Source: Ylistrum balloti (Eukaryota). From it: a DNA stretch of 64,000 nt. The DNA lies in contig NW_026781965.1 in NCBI RefSeq assembly GCF_031769215.1, positions 2,294,001-2,358,000 on the forward strand, given 5' to 3'. The position numbers and the translations under genes are program-made. The notes beneath the pieces were generated by a model, which worked only from the letters and a program-made list of their open reading frames with translations, was not told the DNA's origin and made no database searches. The number at the start of each line of letters is the position of its first letter. The stretch's first letter is position 1. Positions 14,601 through 26,600 of this stretch are shown here, one piece after another.

Positions 14601-17600
14601 AAGTTGTTGGTCTCATTACGTTGTATCCCACAACTCTTCTGTAATTCTATGGGGAAGTTGTTGGTCTCATTACGTTGTATCCCACAACTCTTCTGTAATT
14701 CTATGGGGAAGTTGTTGGTCTCATTACGTTGTATCCCACAACTCTTCTGTAATTCTATGGGGAAGTTGTTGGTCTCATTACGTTGTATCCCACAACTCTT
14801 CTGTAATTCTATGAGTAAGTTGTTGGTCTCATTACGTTGTATCCCACAACTCTTCTGTAATTCTATGGGGAAGTTGTTGGTCTCATTACGTTGTATCCCA
14901 CAACTCTTCTGTAATTCTATGGGGAAGTTGTTGGTCTCATTACGTTGTATCCCACAACTCTTCTGTAATTCTATGGGGAAGTTGTTGGTCTGAGTAAGTT
15001 GTTGGTCTCATTACGTTGTATCCCACAACTATTTTGTAATTCTATGGGGAAGTTGTTGGTCTCATTACGTTGTATCCCACAACTCTTCTGTAATTCTATG
15101 GGGAAGTTGTTGGTCTCAAGTTGTTGGTCTCATTACGTTGTATCCCACAACTCTTCTGTAATTCTATGAAGTTGGGAAGTTGTTGGTCTCATTACGTTGT
15201 ATCCCACAACTCTTCTGTAATTCTATGGGGAAGTTGTTGGTCTCATTACGTTGTATCCCACAACTCTTCTGTAATTCTATGGGGAAGTTGTTGGTCTCAT
15301 TACGTTGTATCCCACAACTCTTCTGTAATTCTATGGGGAAGTTGTTGGTCTCATTACGTTGTATCCCACAACTCTTCTGTAATTCTATGGGGAAGTTGTT
15401 GGTCTCATTACGTTGTATCCCTGTAACAACTCTTCTGTAATTCTATGGGGAAGTTGTTGGTCTCATTACGTTGTATCCCACAACTCTTCTGTAACAACTC
15501 GTTGTATCCCACAACTGTAATTCTATGGGGAAGTTGTTGGTCTCATTACGTTGTATCCCACAACTCTTCTGTAATTCTATGGGGAAGTTGTTGGTCTCAT
15601 TACGTTGTATCCCACAACTCTTCTGTAATTCTATGGGGAAGTTGTTGGTCTCATTACGTTGTATCCCACAAGTTGTTGGTCTCATTACGTTGTATCCCAC
15701 AACTCTTCTGTAATTCTATGGGGAAGTTGTTGGTCTCATTACGTTGTATCCCACAACTCTTCTGTAATTCTATGGGGAAGTTGTTGGTCTCATTACGTTG
15801 TATCCCACAACTCTTCTGTAATTCTATGAGGAAGTTGTTGGTCTCATTACGTTGTATCCCACAACTCTTCTGTAATTCTATGGGGAAGTTGTTGGTCTCA
15901 TTACGTTGTATCCCACAACTCTTCTGTAATTCTATGGGGAAGTTGTTGGTCTCATTACGTTGTATCCCACAACTATTTTGTAATTCTATGGGGAAGTTGT
16001 TGGTCTCATTACGTTGTATCCCACAACTCTTCTGTAATTCTATGGGGAAGTTGTTGGTCTCATTACGTTGTATCCCACAACTCTTCTGTAATTCTATGGG
16101 GAAGTTGTTGGTCTCATTACTTTGTATCCCACAACTCTTCTGTAATTCTATCCCACAACTCTTCTGTAATTCTATGTGTAAGTTGTTGGTCTCATTACGT
16201 TGTATCCCAACTATTTTGTAAGTAATCCCACAACTTGTAATTCTATGGGGAAGTTGTTGGTCTCATTACGTTTGGGGAACGTTGTAATGGGTAACAACTC
16301 TTCTGTAATTCTATGGGTAAGTTGTTGTTCTGATTTCTTTGTATCCTACAACTCTTCTGTAATTCTATGAGTAAGTTGTTGGTCTCATTACGTTGTATCC
16401 TACAACTCTTTTGTAATTCTATGAGTAAGTTGTTGGTCTCATTACGTTGTATCCTACAACTCTTTTGTAATTCTATGAGTAAGTTGTTGGTCTCATTACG
16501 TTGTATCCCACAACTCTTCTGTAATTCTATGAGTAAGTTGTTGGTCTCATTACGTTGTATCCCACAACTCTTCTGTAATTCTATGAGTAAGTTGTTGGTC
16601 TCATTACGTTGTATCCTACAACTATTTTGTAATTCTATGAGTAAGTTGTTGGTCTCATTACGTTGTATCCCACAACTCTTCTGTAATTCTATGGGGAAGT
16701 TGTTGGTCTCATTACGTTGTATGCCTCAACTGAATTTAGTTAACCCTTAAGATCTATACATCATGGACATACAGACTCTTCTCCATTCCCAGCAAATCTT
16801 TTGTTATTCTTTAATATGCCAACAGCAATAGTTTTTAAACCTTAATTGTTGTTGTTGTTGTTGTTTTGTTGTTATTTTTTGTTTATGACATTTCCCCCCA
16901 ACCAATGGTTGATCATTTCCATACTAGATATCGACAGCTGACGCCAGATGCATATTTATGGACATGAGTATGAAATAATTTCGTGTGTGATATGAAGATC
17001 CTTAAGGTTCATGCTCTTGTTTGTTACGTTGTTTCTTTTCTGATTCTCATTTTGAGAACGTGCTATCACCTGGATTGACCGAGACTATCACAACTGTCGT
17101 CGATAAGGAGGTTTCCTTTCTGAACTCTGGAACTTTCCTTGTTTTCCTTGCACATTTTCGTGTGTATATAATGTTGTAAATATATTTGGCTGTAATTTTA
17201 ATGATATCGAGTAAATCCCATACTCTCGTTGTGCACTGCGGTATTTTTATTTTCAGAAAATACAATGCTGAGTAATACCCACAATCGATCATTCAGCGAT
17301 AGTGATGGCGTCATTTGTATATTTATGCCTTAGTAATTTCTAATTATTTGAGGTTTTTACTTCGTGTATCCTCGGTTCCTATTGGTGACTTCATTTGTAT
17401 ATTTGTGCCTTAGTAATATCTAATTGTTGAAGGTTTCCACTTCGTGTATCCTCGGTGCCTATTGATGTATATCCTTTAACTCTGTCTCTTGTTGATCATA
17501 CCTCTTTTCATGGTTGTTTTATCTGCTATTTCCTTCCCTTTTTCGGATTTATATTTCCTTTCGGATATTTCCTTGATTCACGATGTTTTTCCTTTTATCA

Positions 17601-20600
17601 GTGTCTCCTTAGTTTGCCATTTCGCTACATCCTTTGGTGTTTTTGCGGTTCTTACAGCTGTATTTGGGTTTCCGCTTCTTTTGATTTGGTTTTCAGGGAA
17701 AACACAGAATTTGAATTCAGCATGAACGCCTGTCAAATACCGTGAAAGATGATTTGTTTACTTTGTTTATCTCCGTCATTTTGTTAATTGCTAACAAACA
17801 AGTATTTTGCGCTATGATGTCGATACCTACTGTTTGAATTTTCCGTTACATCAGATAGAAACAGGACGTATTTATCTTCGTCTAAAACGTTATCAGGAAA
17901 ATGTATCGACTGATGAATTCCTTGTTTAGCTTTTGGATGACGGCAACACTTTAAAGTGAATAAATATACCGTCCCATCGATTATGGTATGATCACCTATA
18001 TTGGTGTATAAAGAAGTTCGACGCACATCACGTAATTTTATAAAAGGAGTGACAACATGATCGGCAGACAATGCACTTAAATAGGTGAGGTAAATGTCAT
18101 TCAGATTGTGCAAGCATGTATTCATTACATGGAACGTTTGCTGAGTGTTGCTCTGGTGTCTTCTACTTAATGTGTTGGCCAGATTGTAGGTTGTATTACG
18201 TACTTTGTTTTAGAGCAATTATCTTTGATTGGTTGACCAAGATTTACATGGTAGGTAACGTCAAGACGATGACCCTTCCACAACGCCTGGTCTTATATAC
18301 AATGCACATTCTCCTTGTACTTTGTAAGGGACCCTCTTGTGCTTTTGATTTCACTTGAGATTTTAAGGTTCTACTGACAAGTTGGTATGCTGATTGGTAT
18401 ATATCAATATCAGACATCGAGATAAATGTGCTACATAAAGTATCTAATCTGAAAATACTGTGCCTCATGATTGATCAGCGAAGAGCCAATCTTAGATTAT
18501 ACTTAGTATTCAATGCCAATTGTTGGTACTTCCCTCTCTTTAAAGCAAATGCAAACAAAACAAGTGTGTTAGTTTATTCCAATTTAATTTTCCTATGAAG
18601 ACGAACAGAAATGAAGCTAAGGCATAAGGCATAAATCTCATGAAAGTCTTTTATAAAGACATTGAGAATGCTAAGTCATTTTTGCATAGTTAATTTGGCC
18701 TTTTTGAGATTCATCCGATGACGCTGTTTCAGGCATTCAGTTCTCATATTAATCGGATTTTGTGTTATTGCGGAATGCAATCTCCACATCATTTGAAGTG
18801 TTCTATAGTAGGGTAAAAGTTCTCTCCAGCACCCAGTTGTGATCAGGTAAGTCTGATTGATCGACACAAGATGACAAACAAAGGAAAACTCGATCAGCAT
18901 TCACGTAGTCGCCCATTAAACTGTTTATACTGTAATATTCTGGTGAACGGAAAGAATTCTGGATATTTATTCCACGAATGAAAACAGAGAATTACTGGCG
19001 CGTTCGATTGATGATGAGGACTTAATGTTCAGGTAATGACAAATACGGATGTCAGAAATAACCATTGTAGTCCAAATAACTCCTATCAAAGGCAAGATCG
19101 ATGATGAAATATGTTTAGACCCATTAAAGGCTGGCTCACACAACGATATTAAAGAATAAAAGAACGTCATTCTCATACTGAAGCGATTTTGTCAATACTG
19201 TTGAGGGCAAGCCTCATCTGATTTATATATCCAACTCGTCTTTATCTTTCACATCAGTGGACAAACAACAACTGGTCCATATAGTCGATTTGTCTTGGTC
19301 ATTTACTTCTCAGAGTAAACCTCGCCTTGTCCATATTGTCCACTCGTTTTAATCATTCACCTATGAGGTTAAACATTATCTTGTTTATGTTGTCCAACTT
19401 GTCTTCATCAATCACCTCTAAACTGCACCAAATCTTACCTTACATAATATTCTAAACAGAGTACATATACCTCATTGGAATACTTAATATTCCTGTCTTT
19501 AGGATCCACCATACCTTTAGGGATTGTCTGTCTATATTAAAGATATGGTAAAATATTCTTATTGTCTTTTACTGTAGAATGAAGGATTTGCTGTCAATAT
19601 CAAGAGAGAAATGTTTTATCAAAGATCATATTTATAACCCAAAACACTTCTTTTATTAGATTTAAAATAAACGGTCGTGTCAGAAACAGTTAAAGGAAAC
19701 ATATTTATTGCAGATAAAAACATCTAGTGGACTTTTGTTTGTTTGCTTTTCTGATAGGTAGTTCCTAAATTTTACATTGAAAATGAGCGGCTTTCTTCGC
19801 TCGGAGAACATACTTTAGAGTTAAATGCTATAAGTCCTATTAACTTATTTCTAACTGATAAACCCATCATCTTACGCAATCTTCCAATAGGTTTAGATGA
19901 AAACAAAATTTCTGCAGCATTCATGAGTCGAATGGTGCAGAGGTAACAAGCTTGCCTTGCCCTATCATCCAAGCGATCGGGATTTGAGTTCCCCGATCGG
20001 ACGTAAACGGTATGGGGTCACCTGCCCGACGACATAGTCTTTCCCAGGGTGATTGCTCCAGTTTGCTCTTTTCCAGTTCACAATTGTTGAAAAATTGATT
20101 TTTCGAAAACCACACCGTTTTAATGTACGACAACAGAAAAGGTGAAATTCACCTTCCCTCACATAAAATAATTGGAATGCGATCAATTAACTTAATCAAG
20201 TTGCTGTACAACATGTACAAGATCTAACCTTGAAAAAAACTTCAATTTTTATTTACTTCTAACGATTTGTCGCCTTAAGAAGCAGAAAAGAAAATTAAGA
20301 AATAGACAATGTGTCTCATAAAGATTGTAATATAAGAGTCAGCATCAGCGGAGGTTAAAAAAAATTCATAAATGTCGACAAATAAACTTCAAACTCAAAA
20401 ACGATGAAACGAGAACAAAACATGAACCGTTGAAAAAAAGTACAAGGATTATAGGACTTCCGCTTCATAGACGATATCCGCCATGCAAATGTTGGTTAAT
20501 AAATGTCAAGTTCCCATGGGAGAACAATGTTTATCACAACTAAACCATCAGCCATCTGCGACAAGTAACCTAGGAGTCTATTGACAATTCTGTTTAAAAG

Positions 20601-23600
20601 CAAATAAAGCTAAAAACTAATATGAAATATTCATAATTTCGGAAGAATTTTGAATTATCGTATTTGTTTCGTAAAGATTGATGATATGATAATTAATTTA
20701 TTTCTAATAAAAATTCAAAAATATTTGACAAGGTTTTCATATTAATTTAGTACTGAACGTTTAAATGTGAATGATCCTTTTACAACAAAATCTGCATATC
20801 CGATCAGGAAATGTTCATTACTTTGACTGACACCTGCCTTTGTATCCATTCCTCTAGACCAATGTATTTTTAAATAAAACCCAGTAAGGTATAAACTAAT
20901 GCGTCAAAGCAGTTTACTTTCCTTTTTACTAAATATTATTTTTTCATTTTTTTTCTTTTTTGCCGTAATTTCTCATTCCACCAATACCGAGATGACCTGA
21001 TATCCAATTAATACCAAATGATTGCCAGTATAGTAACATATAACACGTAAGATATTATCCTAATGATGAGTTCCTGTTTTGATACTCTGAAGTACTTTTC
21101 TTCCCTTTTTTACCGGGGTATGGGTACTGTTATCAAGGAAGTGAAGATTGCTGTTTATGATTATGTACACGTATAAGAAATTCTTAGAGGTCTTATTCCA
21201 TCAAAAACTATCCACGTACCATTGCAACCACTCCACTCCTCCTGAACAACTTACAACTGCCATTATTTTCTTCAGAATACCACGGCTGTTTTGAGGTTGA
21301 TAAACGGAACCGAGTGTTCACAGTGACCCCCGGGGATGTCCGTCCCGAGGACCTCACACCAGCCAACTGTGCAACGAAATGTGGTGTTTGGCTGTATAAT
21401 TACTGCGGACTTGAGTACGGTACGACTAGCTTCATGATTTTGGCTGTAACACCCTGCTACTTCGACACACGTGTTTTGGTCACATGGCATAAAAGCTGGG
21501 TGCGGGGACTTTATAGTGTAACGATGCATACCATCATTGATAATGGCAGAGAGTACGTCATGGCAGAACAAACCATTGATTCCATCTGTTGTCCGATATG
21601 ATATATTCTGGTTTATGACAACGTCTGATAAATGTTTCACAGTATTGATAAAAACGCCCTTTAATCATTATCGATAATATCACTGTATTCTTGTTGATAA
21701 TCGTCTCTTTCTTCCTTTACAGTTAACTTCAGAACAATTGTTTTTTAACAGGAAAGTTTTGTAGATGTGGAAAAAATCCACCTCCAGAATCGAAGCGATC
21801 AAACTCCTCATGTGTAACTAAATGTATGGGCGACGCATCCAAGACATGTGGCGCGAAAGACTACATGGAGGTTTATACCACTTCTCCGCCAATTGTTGGT
21901 TTGGCCCTGAACGCCTCGGCGGGAATGGCAGAACCCGTGCTGACCTTCACAGATATCAATCTATCAATTCACACCGACAGCGCCGGATTGGACACCGCCT
22001 TTAGGATGAACTATGGCGATGGGGCGGGAAGGACAGATAAAAATGCGACAGGCATGTTACAACACAACTACGTCACACCGGGCACTAAAAAAATCACTGT
22101 GTTCGCCAACGATTACAACGAAACTTTAGTGGTAAGTAATAGTGTTCACCATACGATACTTCTTATTCAAGATTTACGGTCTTTATAGTGATATCATTGA
22201 GAAATGAAGTTGGACGTTAGTTTGCCTGTTGGTTCCGTTATTGTAAACTTGTTCTCATTTGGGAACGTGACACTACTTAAATTGACCAAGTTTTACACGG
22301 CGGATGTAGCAGAAGGCGCTCACTGTTCCGGAACAACTGGTCTTATTTTCCAGGAATCTCGGTACAATTTTTTCTTTTGTTAATGTTTTGTCTTAGTTTC
22401 ATCGACTTTGTGTTCGCATGAAGATAATATTGACATATAAATATGTTGACATGTCGGTATTTATCGTTTACTCCAGGAAAAGGTAGTAGCGATAACAATA
22501 GAAGTTGTAGCGCCTATAGAAGGGATAAACCTAACCTGCCCAGACTATATGGCTTCGTACGAGACAGCACTGTGTACATTATGGATAATGAAAGGATCTT
22601 TAATCAAACTGAAGATTGACCAAGACGTAGACAAAACAGAAATTCTCTCACTCGCAGGTGAGTTGTTTTACATGATGACGTCGATATAAACTGCACCATA
22701 TAACTGCCACATTCTCTTACACAGTGGCCCCACGAGGTTTTGAATTATAACACATGTAAATATTCTATCGAAGGCTTGCTATCTCTATGTTCTTTGACAA
22801 TACTCCAGGTTTGCAGGTCTCACATACTTTACGTTCCTTTACCCTGCTTAGCTCTCAGAGATCGTCTAGACGCAACAATCTTACCCTGCTTAGCTCTCAG
22901 AGATCGTCTAGACTCAACAATCTTACCCTGCTTAGCTCTCAGAGATCGTCTAGACTCAACAATCTTACCCTGCTTAGCTCTCAGAGACCGTCTAGACTCA
23001 ACAATCTTACCCTGCTTAGCTCTCAGAGACCGTCTAGACTCAACAATCTTACCCTGCTTAGCTCTCAGAGACCGTCTAGACTCAACAATCTTACCCTGCT
23101 TAGCTCTCAGAGACCGTCTAGACTCAACAATCTTACCCTGCTTAGCTCTCAGAGACCGTCTAGACTCAACAATCTTACCCAGAGATCTTACAATCTTACC
23201 CTGCTTAGCTCTCAGAGACCGTCTAGACTCAACAATCTTACCTTGCTTAGCTCTCAGAGACCGTCTAGACTCAACAATCTTACCCTGCTTAGCTCTCAGA
23301 GACCGTCTAGACTCAACAATCTTACCCTGCTTAGCTCTCCAAGATTCGCTTTTTTATTTCAATTTTGTATGGCTATTTCTACTCCAAGCGACTGATCTAA
23401 AATGATTGGTGCAATTCATAAATAAGTTGAAGATTTTATGCTTTAATTCTTTATGGCCCCGTTGTATTTGTTTTTTTTCCATGTGATTTCGAGAGATATA
23501 TGTTTTGATCATAGTCAATAACAGTTCCGTGTTTACTCTCCTGAAACAGATGCCAGTACTCGTGTCGTTGGTATACCAATACCAGCTGTTGGTCCTGCCA

Positions 23601-26600
23601 TTCCCGGGAGTTCTCCAGCTACTCATATCGTCGCTCAGGCGTCTGAATTCGAATATCCGGGAAAATTGTACGGGATTGAATTTTACGCGGAGGCAACAGG
23701 ATCCATCTCTCTCAAGGTAAAGATAAGGTCTGGTGATCACGCGTAATGGTTTATACAGGAATAAAACAAACCAGTACGCCAGCTTTCGATTACATTTTAA
23801 GTGGATATAGATATACGAACTGCATATGTCTTGGATCCAGAATATTATTTTGATGTGTTAAGTGAAAACTTCTTTGTGGGGTATAATTATTGATCAATTT
23901 ACAAGCCACAATACGATGACATAACTATATCATACGTATTAACATTGGTCAGTGACAACAGAAGGTAGAAGTTTGACAGATGGAAAATGGAGCTCTAAAG
24001 AAGATGTTGTTAGCCACCGAGCAGAGAGCATTTGGCGAGTTTAACTTAATGATTTATTTTTCAATAGGTGTTATGTCCTTCCTGTAACGATTACTGCTTT
24101 GCTACCAATATATGTGGAGGAACGTGTCCAGGTGTGAATGACCAAGTTTGTTCCCTATCCCAGCGATATTGTTTGTCCGGTCATGCGTGTTGGAGTAGCG
24201 GCCCCTGTGTTAGTCCTTCTCGATATGATGGGACCCAGCGTACAGACCTTTCAGAACTTTACTCCAAAACCCACACTATAACTGCCACCGGATATCACTA
24301 CCTACCTATCACTGACGATGTTGATGTAACTCCCGGGTGCGTGCTGGGCTTCACGGGAGCCAAATTGGGCGCTCGCTCTACCAATGATGCTACCTTAGCA
24401 GATGTAATCACCAGTAACTTCGCTGACAAGACTGCTGCAACTTCTGACTCGAAGAGGCACTTATTACGGGGTTACACATCACAAGGAACAACACTTGAGT
24501 ATTCAGTTATGTTTTACACATCCGGCACGAAAACTATGACCTTTACTCTTCAGAACGATGGAGTCTCTTCGTTGTCCCCAATCGTCCTAACGAAGACCAT
24601 CAACTGCGTTGAAGGCGTGAATGCATCTGTGATAACTATCCCGAGTTATGTCCCCGCGTTAGTTCCGGTTCTGCTTGAGACACAACAACACACGGGTAAG
24701 TGCAGTCTTTAATGATACACAAATCTAGACCCTTTTTTAAACTCATATCGTACGATGATACTGGTTAATGAGATCAACCACTGTATGGTGATACTTTTAA
24801 CATGGTTTACGACTGTATCGTGACCCCGTTCAACGTGGTGAAAAATTAAATGCTGACATCGTTTAATATTGTTAAAGACAATATCGTGACAACGTTTTAT
24901 ATGGTTAAAGACAATATGGCGACAACGTTTCATATGGTTAAAGACAATATCGTGACAACGTTTCATATGGTTAAAGACAATATTGTGACAACGCTTCATA
25001 TGGTTAAAGACAATATCGTGACAACGTTTCATATGGTTTAAGACAATATTGTGACAACGCTTCATATGGTTAAAGACAATATTGTGACATCTTTTATTGT
25101 GGTAAACGACTACATGGTGATGCAGTGTAACATAATTAAGGACTATAACGTGAATCCTTTTAACATGGTCAAAGACAATATCGTGACATCGTTTAACATG
25201 GTCAGTGACAATATCGTGACATCGTTAAACATGGTCAAAGACAATATCGTGACATCGTTTAACGTGGTCAAAGACTGCATGGTGACACCGTTTAACGTGG
25301 TTAAAGACTGCATTGTGACACCGTTTAACGTGGTTAAAGACAATATCGTGATATCGTTTAACGTGGTTAAAGACTGCATGGTGACATCGTTTAACGTGGT
25401 TAAAGACTGCATGGTGACACCGTTTAACGTGGTAAAAGACTGCATGGTGACACCGTTTAATGTGGTTAAAGACTGCATGGTGACACCGTTTAACGTGGTT
25501 AAAGACTGCATGGTGACACCGTTAAACGTGGTTAAAGACAATATCGTGATATTTAACGAGGTTAAAGACTGCATGGTGACATCGTTTAACGTGGTTAAAG
25601 ACTGCATGGTGATACCGTTTAACGTGGTTAAAGACTGCATGGTGACACCGTTTAACGTGGTTAAACACTGCATGGTGACACCGTTTAACGTGGTTAAACA
25701 CTGCATGGTGACACCGTATATTGTGGTTAAAGACTAGATCTTGACATTTAACATAGTTAAAACTATATCGTGACATCGTTTAACGAGGTTAAAGACTATA
25801 TGGTGACATAGTTTAACTTGGAAAACGACTTTATGATGTAATGTACGTAATGTATGTAACGACTATATGGTGATACAGTTTAACGGTGTTAGCGTTAGGA
25901 CTGTACAGTGATCTTTATAATCATGTATGATTATGTATCTTAATTACCCTTCCACATGGAAAGCACATGCATCTGACATCAAAATTCAATAACCGGTACA
26001 ACCATTGTTCTAACTCATCAGTTATTATTCTGGCCTAGCGTAGTTTTCACAATCATACTGGCGAAGTTACTGGTAATATCATACGAAAATCAAATTAAAA
26101 TACTCAACTTTGTGAAATTATAAAGTTATTAATCACTACATAAATATGATGTGACATATTCTAGAGCAGACATTGGAGAACCAATACTCACTGAAAGGGA
26201 ACACATACATGTACCAGAACGCAATGTTCACTGACAGGAGACCTGGGTCAGAAATTAGTATTTACTGACAGAGGACCTACACCAAAATATAGTATTTACT
26301 GATAGGAGACCCACACTAAAATATAGTATTTACTGATAGGAGACCCACACTAAAATATAGTATTTACTGATAGGAGACCCACACTAAATATAGTATTTAC
26401 TGATAGGAGACCCACACTAATTAAAGTATTTACTGATAGGAGACCCACACTAAAATATTGTATTTACTGATAGGAGACCTACACCAAAATATAGTATTTA
26501 CTGATAGGAGACCCACACTAAATATAGTATTTACTGATAGGAGACCCACACCAAAATATAGTATTAACTGATAGGAGACCCACACTAAAATAAAGTATTT

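Noticed and set aside
13381-16730. CRISPR-like array (regular repeats with dyad symmetry)
   Set aside because: Units are contiguous with no unique spacers, there are no cas genes, and the context is a spliceosomal intron. The same applies to all other arrays in the window.
13381-16750. Long ORFs on both strands (up to 294 aa)
   Set aside because: They are translations of the 54-bp satellite (18-aa repeat); the unit length is a multiple of 3. No unique coding sequence or splice context.
22740-25776. ORFs 22740-23405, 22787-23395, 25051-25737, 25143-25706 and neighbours
   Set aside because: Products of the 42-bp and 33-bp minisatellites inside introns 5 and 7.
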